DNA of 60,160 bases, filler included, from Basidiobolus ranarum (GCA_040143965.1; 8 parts of 8 records of this genome joined end to end with filler, not necessarily neighbours in it), one strand, 5' to 3'; positions 25,901-37,555 are shown, counted from the first letter of the whole stretch. The notes: generated by a model from the sequence alone, not told the origin. Numbers and translations: made by a program.

Positions 25901-26895
25901 CTCTATATGTGGATGACTTGATCATAGCCACAAATGATCTAGAAGCACCTAATCAGACAAAAAGCATCTTATCAAACCAATTTCAGATGACTGATATGGG
26001 TGAATTAAGTTACTTTCTTAGAATCCAAATCAAGAAAGACAAACCTAATCAGAAAATCATGCTGAATCAGTCTAGATACATCCAAGACATCCTAAAATGC
26101 TTCAACATGGAGAATAGCAAGCCTGTATCAACATTCATGGATCCCAATGTGAAATTGATCAAAGTTTCATCCAATTTCACCCATATGACTTCAATCAAAG
26201 CCAGGTATTCCCTTATCAATCCATGGTGGGTAGTTTAATGTATGCAATGGTTAGAGCGCATCCAATTGTTGCTGTGGCAGTGGGAACTCTTAGCCAATAT
26301 CTCAAGAATCCAAGATCTGAGCACAAAACTGCAATAAATCAGATATTCAGGTATTTTGGAGGGACTGTAGATCTAGATCTGGAATACTCTGCCACTCCTG
26401 ATGCACAAAATTTTGAAGGCTGAAGTCATGCAGACCAGGGGAAACCTTGATGATAGAAGATCAACAACTGAGTACACATATCACCATGGTAATGGAGCCA
26501 TAACTTGGATTAGTAAGAAGTAACCAGCCATAGCACTTTCCACTACAGAGGCAGAGTATTTGGCTGCCTCTGCTACTACACAAGAAGCTACATGATTGAG
26601 AAAGTTACTTACAGACTTAGGATATATGCAAAAACATGGTATTACTGTGTTGGAAGATAATCAAAGACATATTTCATCAACTTAAAACCTAGCATTTCAT
26701 GCCAGAACATAATACATAGCTCTTAAGCATAATTTTGCTAGTAAAGCAATAAAGAATCATAGATTTGAACTCTTTTATTGCCCTACTGAAGAAATGATAG
26801 CTGACATCTTGACCTAACCTTTAGCTAAAGCATAATTTGAAGTATTAAGATATAAGTTAGGTTTGAGAAATACAAGATAATTAGTTGAGTGGGAA

Positions 26896-27244
26896 TGTTG
26901 AAATTAGGTAAATAGCAACTCATTATTTAGTAGTTAGTTTATTCATATTCTGATTATTCAGCACTCAGTTCTGCCATTCAGAAATGTATGTTCATTACTC
27001 TAATTGATAGAAATATCAATCAAATTACTTTTACCAATTTTCACTATGTTCTCAAAACTTCTCCAAATCACCTCAAATTTTACCATACTTAACAGGCATG
27101 TTTGCTATGAGCTTAGCACAACCAAAGTCCTATTTCGTAGTAAACTACAAATAGGACATATTCAATTTAATAAAACATAAGTGTCTAATTCACATATCCA
27201 AATCTTGTCCAGAATACTTCCAAGTCCCTTATACACTTTCATCA
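26896..27244 (+). repeat. 3' LTR (349 bp) paired with the partial 5' LTR at 22657-22950
   Basis: TGTTGAAA...TTTCATCA termini. Colinear with 22657-22950 from position 26952; about 40 differences in ~293 bp by manual count. Confidence 0.95.
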
Positions 27245-28164
27245 GGAACATGGCCAGATATTGGATATTCTGTGGGCATCACATACCTATCTCTTCAATG
27301 TTAATGATCTGATCAAATCATAATAGTCAAGCAGAGTTACAGATATTTGAAAGGTACTGTATATCTATGCTTAAAAGTAAACATACTCTGGATAAAGCTT
27401 CAATCTGATGGGGCTTTCAGCTGCAAATTGAAGAAGAGATAATATAGATAGGTGATCTACAACCAGAAACTTGATTCTTTGCTTTAATAGAGTTATTTCT
27501 TAAAATTCAAAGAAACAGCCCACCATATTACTTTCAACAACAGAAGCAGAATATATAGCTGCCAGTGAGGTAAAAAAAGAAGCATTATGGTTAAGAAAAC
27601 TCTTAACAGATTTGTGTTACCGCAAAAATTTGCCAACTAGAATATTTCAAGATAATCAAAGTTGTATTCAATTAGCTGAAAATCCCAAATTTCATAGTAG
27701 AAGAAAAGATATGGCTATTAGACATAACATCACCAGAGAGACAGTAGAGAATAAGTTAGTTGACTTCACTTATTGTTCTACCAAAGATATGATTGCTGAT
27801 GTATTCACCAAACCATTAGCTAGGCAATAATTTGAGAAATCTAGACTTTCCATAGCATTGGTTACTTTGACTATTTAGTTGAGGGAGGATGTTGAAATTG
27901 GCTTTGCCTAAACACTAATAGAGTCTTGTAGAGCCAAGTACTTAGTGATCTCATATTTCAACAAGATATAACCTTTGATTCTCAAATGTAATTCTTTTAG
28001 AATAACTTTTACAACAACAAAGTTCTCAGATATTTAGAGTTTTCAAAGACACAAAACTAGCACCATGGTTATACTCAATGCAACAGCTTAAAAGCTACAA
28101 TACAAAATTGTTAATTCTCACATTATTCACACATATAAAAGTTGTATATGTCCTAATTTTAACA
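27245..28164 (+). mobile_element. 3' end of a second copia element (RT tail, RNase H, PPT, 3' LTR 27890-28164)
   Basis: TWPDIGYSVG, LSTTEAEYIA, IFQDNQSCIQLAENPKFHSR, MIADVFTKPL. PPT AGTTGAGGGAGGA. LTR TGTTGAAATT...AATTTTAACA. Confidence 0.88.
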
Positions 28165-28542
28165 AAGTGATATTTGAATTATTGATGTCACCTAACTGAT
28201 TGAGATATATGCAATAGTGATGTGCATGAAGATCATGATGAAAAATGTGATGACAACAATATACTTCACCATCTCCTTGATACACTTCCTCCAATACTGC
28301 AGCTCCTTTTCCAAAGTCTTGATTCTATTGACAATCAGATTTGGCAGGAGCAATGAAGTACTCTTTCACTGCTGAAGCATCTTCTTACCCAACATCCAAT
28401 GCCAAATCCTAGCTTTTGAGGCTAACGATAGTTGCAACATTAGGCTGGTACCATTTTATTAAGCCAGATGAGGACAACTCAAAAGTGTGCCAGCACAAAT
28501 TGGTAAAATTGGGCACTATCCAGCATGATGTTATTGACCATT

Positions 28543-28730
28543 GAACTTGTTCCATTGTGCCAGTATTTATCAGACCTGGGCTCAATATAATAAAGTAATT
28601 TTGATTGAAATTGAAATTGATCATGCCAGATGGTGATGTATAGTGCCACATTGTGCCACACATAGTTTAGAATAATTTATCCAATACAATATATACAGCA
28701 CAATCTGGCACTATCACTGCAAACAAGTTC
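28543..28730. mobile_element. MITE, copy 2, with 3-bp ATT target-site duplication
   Basis: GAACTTGTT...AACAAGTTC termini. ATT on both sides (28540-28542 and 28731-28733). Colinear with 11791-11972. Confidence 0.82.
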
Positions 28731-28786
28731 ATTTCAGAAAGAGTGTTTTACCTATGTGGTATATTTAGAAAAAGTGCTTTTAGACA

Positions 28787-29603
28787 TTACTGCACATTGA
28801 AAGGTTGACAAAAGCTTTGTCCATAGCATCTTAAGTCTAGAGCTCTCATTGGGTATCGTTGAGTACATATATAATGAGAAATAATCAAGATTTTGACTAC
28901 TTTGCCAAACTCCAATTGAGGCTCACAAAATGATTTTCCTCTATAGTTTCCTGCTACAATGCTATATCTCTTCAGGAAACCAAAGCTACATTTTACCCTT
29001 GCTCCAAAATGAGAAAAATTATCATTATGAAGCTTTTGTATCTCTGTGAGCATCTCTCCCATGGGCCATTGGTTAGCTGTGACATATCCTAGCCTTCTGA
29101 ATTCTTGCCCAACATTAGCTAAATTGGCCATAGTCTTCTCAAATTTTACATATGATGCATGCCTTTCAACCTAAAGCCTTTAGTCATGGCGTAAAACTGG
29201 ATGTGGACCCCCAAACCAAATAATATTTACTTCCAAATCTGTCAAAGGATGGAACTTAAGACAGTGAGCTTTATTTGATAGAGTAGAATAGCTTTTGGTT
29301 GCTTCTGGCCCTGCTGATTCTCACAGAAAATGTGTCAAGAATACTTTTGATATGAACTCTATTGCAAAATACTCCAGGAAATGGAAGGAAATCAGAGTCT
29401 CTGAATCTTTTATCCCAGGCACCTGCAACATCATTCATCACTAAAGCTAGATAATTCTCACTTACCTTAAGCCTGGCAAGGAAGCCCTCTCCTACTTTTA
29501 CCACCATTGATAGTGCACTGAAATCTGATTGGACAATAGCTTTTGTAGTAGCAAAACTAATTGACTAGCTGCTTTCTGGCAGGTACTGGAGTATATGAGC
29601 CAT
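28787..29603 (-). pseudogene. PIF/Harbinger-ISL2EU-like (DDE_Tnp_4) transposase pseudogene
   Basis: SILDTFSVRISRARSNQKLFYSIK, then a frameshift, then AHCLKFHPLTDLEVNIIWFGGPHPVLRHD ... MANLANVG ... LTEIQKLHNDNFSHFGARVKCSFGFLK ... ISHYIC. This follows the DDE_Tnp_4 motif order (IDxT, YSxK..H.LK, GPxPGxxHD, LADxGY, RxxVExxFGxLK, LHN). Confidence 0.8.
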
Positions 29604-32600
29604 TGTATTTTTTGATTTTAGTTTCTAAGGTGGTGAAAAGAAAGCTAGTAGTTGCTTCTGGATTAATGCGGAATGATCATTTAGAGTAGATGGAGAGCAT
29701 GTTACTAATTTTGTAGTGGGCTGGCACAATAGAGTTCAAACTGGTTTACATAAGATATTTATGTAAGAGATTTATTTATCATGGAAAATTGCTTACATTC
29801 TGTAAAATAATTGTGAAGGGATAATGCAATATTGTTCCGTAGACTATCCAACTGAGTGATACAGGACTTATCCATGCTTGCTGACATATTGCACCAGATT
29901 GTGTGTTAGCAGGCTGGATTGGGTGGTAGATCAGACCTTTTCCCAGGTGGTATATTTGTATTCATGGGAAGTAACCTGTTCCCCATGATTTGTTATTTTA
30001 GAGCCCAGACTGTTTCAGTGGATTCTGGCCTCATCCCACAACACTTGGGAATTTTTCTAAACTGCAGTGATATGTATTCTCCTCAATTNNNNNNNNNNNN
30101 NNNNNNNNNNNNNNNNNNNNNNNNNNNNNNNNTTAATTAATTAANNNNNNNNNNNNNNNNNNNNNNNNNNNNNNNNNNNNNNNNNNNNCTACTGACTTAA
30201 CTTTTCTACTTTGCAACATTCATACAAATACTCCAGATCTCCATACATTAGTTAAGAAGCTACAAAAGTAGTTATGGCTTCTTTGTTTTGTTTGAAATAA
30301 AGATTTCAACTTTTGGTGACTGTCTCCCCCTACCCTAACCCTAAGAAGTGACTCCTCAACCAAGACCCCTAACCTCATTCACTTCGAGTCTCGCTAGTAG
30401 TTATGAGTAAGCATTTAAAACCTTGTATAAATTAGCTATTTTCAATTCATTTGCTTTCTTGTTGAAAGTAAATATATTTATGGTGTATGATTCAACTACT
30501 ACAAATCAGAAATTTCGGAATATTTCTAAAAACTTCCTCTAATAAAATTATTTCTTAGATTATTGGTGCGATAGTCATTGTTAAATAAGTAGTAGTTCGT
30601 GAATTAGCCTCAAGATACGCTGCCTCGTTGAAAAATCAAGTCGTATTCCCTATATCAGACGCAATAGATGTGTGAATAAGGCTTATATTCCAGAATACTT
30701 CCGCTGTATATGACATGACATAATACGTAAGTAACTGCATTTAAGTTGTTTGGATCGAAATTTGAAGGTACGATAAAATACGTGATGATTAAAATGTATG
30801 TTACTAATATTAGCTAGTAGTGCACTTACGCATCATTCAGCTCTCTACATTGTAAAATAGCTGGAGAGGTTTTTCTTGCAGCAAAGCTACACATTAAAGT
30901 TGGTGGAGACTGACTCTTAATCCAATATACCATCACCACGTGTCCCCTAGGTACCCTTGCAATATCCGATACATGCAGCTCACTAGCAATCAGACTAGAG
31001 CAACTCATCTAATACGTTAATTTGAAAGACTGACCCTTTTGCTAGGTTTCAAGTTTGCAGACCGACTCATTCCAAAGATAATTAAGTGTGGTGTTCCAAC
31101 CGTTAATTTGTGACCAAACTCAGGAAAACAATTCAAATTACAAATGCAAACAAGAGATTAGACTCGAATGTTGAAATGTTTCCCAGTTGTAAGACTATCT
31201 TCCTGTCTAAACTTGATTAAGTTTTACCTTCCTGCTGATATTTAAAAACCCAAGAGACTACTATGTAATATAGCCATACACGTACAGCCCAATAAGGGTA
31301 GTCAGGATCAGTAACGTTAACGCGAGAAATTGTCCAATAGAACGCTAGAGATAATCTGATAATTACCATCTGATAAAATGGCTCCCATTGCTTTTGTTAC
31401 ATTGGATAGTTCCAGCTCAGATCATTGTCTTTTAATGGGGAAATTGTTGGTGAATCTTGGGCAGGTATAGGTTACATTGAATCATTATATATTTTATCTA
31501 TGGAAGTTTCTAGACATGACACTGTTATCGCTTTTGGATTTGAGGAAACTAATTATTGTCAGCTTCAATACGGGTCAAATAGACTAAATAGTCAGTACAC
31601 TGCCACAACACTCTCGAATCTGATAACATTCCAATTCTATATTTTAATGGGAGTTTAGGGTTAATTGACTAGGTAATGATGGTGCTACGTCACTCAAATA
31701 TAAGTTAGGTGGATGAGAAATTTTCATCTCTGATGAGTACAAATCAGATAAATCTACAATAACGAATCAACAATAACGCCAGGTCAGATCTTAATTGTTA
31801 CTTCTGATCAAGGACTTGAGATCCTATTGTACGTTTAACATGATTACTACCACTCAGCTTACAAACTATCACTGAAGCTGTGTTGCTGATTTCTTTTGTT
31901 GCAAGTAGATTACTTTGGCTCCGCTTCATTCAATATGCACCCAACTTAGACTTTGATGCAGAGTCACCAGTGCTCTGTATCTTTGAATTATAAATTCAAG
32001 CTGATGCTAAGATACGCCAATACTACATGCCAATTGTTGTAGAGTTTTGTATGACGATTGTGGCTTTAGGTGCTTACCGTATATGATAGCCTGGAGTGAT
32101 TGTCAGTGGCTAGAAAGCGATCTTTAGGTAGGTTTGAGATGGAACCTAAGTCTCCTTCAGACCCTTTTATTTATTAAACAAGATTTGTATGTTTAGGTTG
32201 TCCCTAAAGCTTTTAAATCCGGTCTAAGGAGGACTGATCTGATCTATTTTAGCATATTTTCTATATTAAATCAAATGGTGATTCAGAGTATTGATTTGCA
32301 TATATTTCGCTCATTTACTTGTAAATATAATGATATCTCGGATGATTCGTTGATATTAATGCCAGTTTGGAAATACGGCAAAACCTTATTTAGATGGCGA
32401 TGTAGGGATGTTACTATTGAGCTCCCGATACACAAATGTTCACGAATGGAACAAAGACATTTCATTTTAAACAAAGCAAATCGGCTCGAGCAAACATAGG
32501 GAATGAAAGAATATTCTTGAGACCCGGTTTCAAATCACAGGCTAAATGCTAACGAAGGACCGATATATGCACATCGATATATATATTTATGTTACGTATA

Positions 32601-32725
32601 TGCATATCCGTCTAGACCATCTACCCTGGTATTACTACAAGCCTTCTGAAATAACCGTCTGCCGTGGCTGCAAATGAAAACTGCTTATAAGGAGTCAGAC
32701 CTCCAATAGTCCAAATCAATTCACC

Positions 32726-33349
32726 ATGAAGTTTCTTAGTATTGGAATTACGTTATTGCTCACTCCTTTTTTCTCTCACGCCGAGAAAACTGCTGAAGAG
32801 GCTGCCGTTTTGGCCCGCCAGATGGTACGTGACTATGGCATTGGAACTTTAATCACTAGCTACCCCGACGGCCAACCTTTCGGAACCATGGATTACTTCA
32901 GTGATGACTGTGGAAGAACCGGAAACCCCATTTTCTTAATGTCTACACTTCAAATCAGTGTCCAGAATCTTGATACATCACCCAGAGGAGCGTTTGCCAT
33001 ACAAATGCAGCTCCCCAACCCACGCCAATCCCCTATGCCCCATGCCAGATTCACGCTAATGGGAGAGGTAAAGAAAATCCCACAAGCAGAAGCAGAGAGC
33101 CAACAGCTTAAGGAGTGCTTCTTGAGAAAGCATTCAGAAGCTAAGTGGTGGATCAACTATCCCGATTTCCAATTTTACCGCATGGAAGTCGATCGCGTTT
33201 TCTGGATCGGAGGCTTTGGCGGATACCACTATATTGGCCCCATTGACCCCGATACCTATCATTCTGCTGAGGTTGAAGGTCTTCCCACCTTGAGGACCCA
33301 CCAGAAGCCTGTGTGGGATAAAGTTCGTGAAATTGTCTTCCAAGGTTAG
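32726..33349 (+). CDS. CREG-like secreted protein (pyridoxamine 5'-phosphate oxidase-like split barrel)
   Basis: Signal peptide MKFLSIGITLLLTPFFSHA. Motifs GQPFGTMDYFSDDC, GNPIFLMSTL, ARFTLMG, CFLRKHSEAKWW, FYRMEVDRVFWIGGFGG..YIG. Intronless. Confidence 0.85.
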   Translation: MKFLSIGITLLLTPFFSHAEKTAEEAAVLARQMVRDYGIGTLITSYPDGQPFGTMDYFSDDCGRTGNPIFLMSTLQISVQNLDTSPRGAFAIQMQLPNPRQSPMPHARFTLMGEVKKIPQAEAESQQLKECFLRKHSEAKWWINYPDFQFYRMEVDRVFWIGGFGGYHYIGPIDPDTYHSAEVEGLPTLRTHQKPVWDKVREIVFQG

Positions 33350-33899
33350 AAGTCGATAATTACCATGTGGATCTCCTCGGTTAATTTTCGCCGGAACAAA
33401 ACCCCATTTCCATAGTAGTATTTGGTGATCTCTCTACTGTGCATCAATACATTTTCATATTGTTCAAAATAAATAGAAATGTTTGCATTCCCAAATAAGA
33501 CAGTTGTTATAGGCCCCAAAATCAGTCTGTAGAGATGTTATATATAGGTGGCAAACATCATGACTCACTGATGCTTAGCTGAATGCGCGTAAATGCACCA
33601 TGGCCCTACTCTAGACTATCATGACTTTGTACTGGTTGATGGTCATTGATTAGTCTAAAATAGATGGATGAGAAGTTTTGATGACCAATTCTTGTGAACT
33701 CTCAGATATCAAATGACCAGGCTGATCTTCATCTTCAATACAACGCACTTACGGTGTGGCATCTGAACTCTCCTTTTTGATGGACAATCTGGATGGTTTT
33801 GTATACCAAGCACAGAAGTGAATCAGATCTGATAAAAACATCGAGCTGTTGCATAAGCCATGACATACCCGCCATTACACAATGCTAATATGGTGGGTG

Positions 33900-34230
33900 A
33901 ATGGAAAATTACTCCATTTGTATGGATTCAAGAGTTTTGGAGCTACGCCATTGGTAAAGTCGAGAGATTTCACCATCAATTCCGCCACTTCAAGATTTCC
34001 TTATCTGATGAATGGTCTAAATAAAATATCCACTCTTTACATAAGATCTAGTGTATGGCAAAGTTTTCGATGTACTGGCTTGCATAACCAGCAAAATCCC
34101 CACGGAAAACTAGGGAGTGTAACCAGAGGCGTACCAAATAAGATAACATCCAACGTACACTTTCGGATCAATTGAAGACGTCTTTCTCTTACTCCATTTG
34201 GTTGCTCATCTGGAGTGGCAATTTTCAATC
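33900..34230 (-). mobile_element. Possible decayed copia integrase relic
   Basis: ATPDEQPNGVRERR...LPSFPWG resembles TPEQNGVAERxN...LPxxFWG. Confidence 0.4.
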
Positions 34231-34547
34231 AGATAAGCGTTATTTAAGCTTAAATAATTCGGTGATCGTAGATTCCAAGGATGTATAACTCAAAAGGCGT
34301 TATTCGGTTAACAGACTTACTAAAAATGAATCCAAGAGTGATCTAAATACAGCTCCATGTTATTTACAATACTGTTCATTGAAATACCTCTCTCTAACCT
34401 GAACCATCTAAGTATGGTATGCCTATGGGCATGGACGTGTAAATAGAAAATCGAAAAATCTACACAAACGAATATAAAAGAGGCTACGCGGATAACAAGA
34501 ACTTCAGCCAACACGGTTTAACTTGAACTTCAATAATCTCATCAAAG

Positions 34548-35567
34548 ATGTCCAACACTACTGTCAGTACCTCAATGGCTAGCTATTTCTGCTCCGTGAA
34601 CAAGGCTTGTCCTATTCAAGGTCACAAATGCCACTACGACAAGTATTGTATGAGTGATGTTTCTACCTCTGATGCTAGCTGCACCAAAGAAAATGCCAAG
34701 CCATTTGTTGCCAGGATCAGCGATACTTACACCTACTTTTGCAACATCCCAACTGAGCTAACCGCTCAAGTAACTGAGGAATCTCAATGTGCACCATGGG
34801 AAACATACCACCATGGAGTTTGTTTACTGAAGGAGTGTAATGCCGTTGAAACTGCTTGTCGCCAAGGAGATGCCAGTCAGTGCAAAGCTGTTGGTGTCAT
34901 GGCCAAAGACGACCTAAATTGTTTTATCGGTACTCCACACAAGTCCAATAATGTAGCTACCTCTATGGCAAGTTACTACTGTAAGGCTGATACTGTATGC
35001 CCTCTTGCTGGCTACAGTTGCCACTACGATAAATACTGTATCCCGGATGTCTCTGCACAAGCTGGATGTGGTAAAGAAAATGCAACGCCTTTCGTTGCTC
35101 GCCTTAATAGCACCTATACCTACTTCTGTGATATTCCTCAGAGCATCAATGTTCAAACCAGTGCTGCCACTGATTGTGCCTCATGGGAAACCTACCATGC
35201 TGGATACTGCTTCTTGAAACAGTGCACCGTTGAACAAAAAGCCTGCAAGGATGGCAATGATGCTCAATGCAAAACTCTCGGTGTGCAAGCAGCCAATATC
35301 AACTGCTTTGCCGCTACAGCACATGGCTCAGCAACCAAGGTTACTCAGGGAGTAAAATCTTCTGGATTGAGTGGTGGTGAGATTGCTGGAACAGTGATTG
35401 GATCAGTTGTTGGTATTGCCCTACTTGGTGCTGCCGCTCTGTTCTTTGTTCGTCGTAGTAAGAGAAACAAAGCTTCCAGCGCTGCCCGCGCTGGAGGTGA
35501 AGTTCTACCAGTTTACCAATCCAGTGACAATGTTACTCAAATTCGTGACGAAAAAGTACGTCTTTAA
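34548..35567 (+). CDS. Uncharacterised single-pass membrane protein with two tandem ~128-aa 12-Cys repeats
   Basis: Intronless 339-aa ORF with a TATAAAAG box ~75 bp upstream. The repeats share TSMASY.C, CHYDKYC, KENA.PFVAR, TYTYFC, C..WETYH.G.C.LK.C. TM segment IAGTVIGSVVGIALLGAAALFFV is followed by RRSKR. Confidence 0.88.
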   Translation: MSNTTVSTSMASYFCSVNKACPIQGHKCHYDKYCMSDVSTSDASCTKENAKPFVARISDTYTYFCNIPTELTAQVTEESQCAPWETYHHGVCLLKECNAVETACRQGDASQCKAVGVMAKDDLNCFIGTPHKSNNVATSMASYYCKADTVCPLAGYSCHYDKYCIPDVSAQAGCGKENATPFVARLNSTYTYFCDIPQSINVQTSAATDCASWETYHAGYCFLKQCTVEQKACKDGNDAQCKTLGVQAANINCFAATAHGSATKVTQGVKSSGLSGGEIAGTVIGSVVGIALLGAAALFFVRRSKRNKASSAARAGGEVLPVYQSSDNVTQIRDEKVRL

Positions 35568-36439
35568 ATTTACAGAACTACCCCAATGATATCATACTGT
35601 TCAGTATTTACCTGACAAGAGGAAATATCGTTTAAAATCAATCTGCTCTGTTACTTAACAAAATCAAGTAGATCTTAAATCAAGCTAACTAGTTTACGAT
35701 ATATTTTTGTAAGTGAAATTTTAACACAAAAGAGTTCATAAATTCATCATAACCAATAAATTACCTCATACATACCTGCAATTATCATCATAAAAAGACG
35801 TAATTATTCGTCAGATTGACTTGATTCTTCTTTTCTAGACTTCATTGTTATTATCAGATCATATATTCCCCATCTAATCTATACCTACGTTAACCACCTT
35901 GAAATAGCAATATAACGTATTTTACATAGCATATTCTAGTAACCTTCGAGTCACGAAGGATTATTACAAAGTGCGTGGTTGATAGTCAACACTTCTGCAG
36001 ATAGATAGGCGGTGGCTCACACGATGCATAATACCACGAGAAAACTTGGATGTAATATTGTTATAATTTGGTCAAAATACAAGCGCCATTGAGGTAATAA
36101 TAAATACTAGATGTTGTCTGTATTGTGGAGTGTTGAATATCGCTAACGAACATACACCTGCATGCATATAAGCAAGATTCTTTTTGGGTAATAACTGTGC
36201 AGCTATATTACCATAGTTGGTATGTACCAGAAACATTTTCTTGTAAAAATATGGATAGATGTAATACGGATGCTAGTATTCAAGGCCCGAAACTGCTTAT
36301 ACTCGACTCTCATGTCCAACAGGCGGAAAGTTACTTTTAGTCAAATCAAATATGATGGACTAGAAAACATTCAGATATATCCAGTAATTTGCTGGAAATC
36401 CCATGTTTCATACTAAAAGCTAACATATAGATATTCAAT

Positions 36440-37335
36440 ATCATTTATTAGCAAGACTATGTAGAATAAATATATTGACTTCACTTATTGCTCTACAGAA
36501 AACATTATTGCTGATGCATAAACAAACCGTTAGCTAGGAAGAAATTTGAGAAATTTAGACCTTATTAAGGATTAGCATACATGATTTTTTAGTAGTATGT
36601 AAAAATTAGCATTGCCTAGATACCTATATAGTCATATATAGCTCGATACTTAGTAATTTTATATTTCATCAAGATATTACCCATTTTTCAAAATTGGGAT
36701 TTACTTGGTTTATTTTACAAACTTAGGAACACTTGGATATATAGATTTTCAAACTTGTGCTAGAAGCCCCAAAGCTTTGCACACTTGTTTCTGAAATCTT
36801 CCTTAACACATTGTGATGTTAGCTTGCTTATATCTTGACAAAACTATACATCTCAATGTTCAACTCAATAAGTGAAAACCTTCAATTTTTCTGATTCTGC
36901 AAATCACTTGTAACAGACTCCCAAATGCTTTAACTGGTTATGAGCCCTGAGCTTGCAGCCTGTGCAATGTTTACTTCTGAAATTTCTGGAACTTTTCCCT
37001 CTTCTCAATAACTGGATGGAACCAATCATCAAAGTTCAAAAATCTATATGAAGATGCTGCTGCAAGAAACAAGACTTAGGGAAGCAGTTGTATGAGAAGA
37101 AAACAATGTTAAACTATCTGAAACCAAAGTTTTGCTCCAGATTAATAAAGACTAAAGTCCATTTCACACAATTTTTCTCCATGTCAACAACAAATGGCCT
37201 TTTCAAAGTTCAAAAGCAAAACTGCCAAGAAATCAGTTTGCTAACTTGAAGATGAAGCCAGGAGATGACATTGTATCACTCATCAATAGAGTCACTATTT
37301 TAGTGGATGAAATGGAATGCATTGGAGTACCTACT
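36440..37335 (+). mobile_element. Copia relic: RNase H tail - LTR (36598-36935) - PBS - decayed gag
   Basis: YCSTENIIADA...LARKKFEKFR precedes a family-A LTR. GGTTATGAGCCCT follows at 36936, then gag-like LKMKPGDDIVSLINRV. Confidence 0.8.
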
Positions 37336-37555
37336 TTTGAAGTATTTGGGGGCCTGCTGGATGTGGTTTGGAGAATTAGAGAAATTGGTGATTTTTGTGT
37401 ATTAATTTTTTGAGTAGAAAGTTAACATATATTGTTTTGTCAAGATATAAACAAACTAGGATGTAAAATGTGCTAAGTAAGGTCCCAGAAACATGTGTGC
37501 AAAGTTCAGGGCTTCTAGCACAAGCTTGCAAAGAGCTATATATTCTGAGAACTTC
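37336..37555 (-). repeat. Partial family-A LTR, inverted
   Basis: Reverse complement matches the 3' part of 37749-38076 (AAGGTCCCAGAAACATGTGTGCAAAGTT). Confidence 0.8.

Larger units (their letters stand above)
22657..27244 (+). mobile_element. Near full-length degenerate Ty1/copia retrotransposon
   Basis: 5' LTR (partial) 22657-22950; PBS 22951-22962; gag with CKYCKKPGHLIKDC; protease WYIDSQASRHMT; integrase SDNGGEY and YTPEQNGVA; RT LYVDDLII; RNase H ALSTTEAEY; PPT AGTTGAGTGGGAA; 3' LTR 26896-27244 (TG...CA). Many stops and frameshifts. Confidence 0.97.

Noticed and set aside
23281..26830. In-frame TGA/TAA/TAG codons in copia pol as possible recoding or an alternative genetic code
   Set aside because: Accompanied by frameshifts and explained by C->T decay; host genes use standard stops.
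30326..30375. CCCTAACCCTAA telomere-like motif
   Set aside because: Only ~2 units, internal to the contig; expected by chance.
32726..33349. Intronless CREG-like, Hsp31 and CHS4 ORFs as possible bacterial horizontal transfers
   Set aside because: Their motifs match fungal/eukaryotic family members; lack of introns alone is not evidence.
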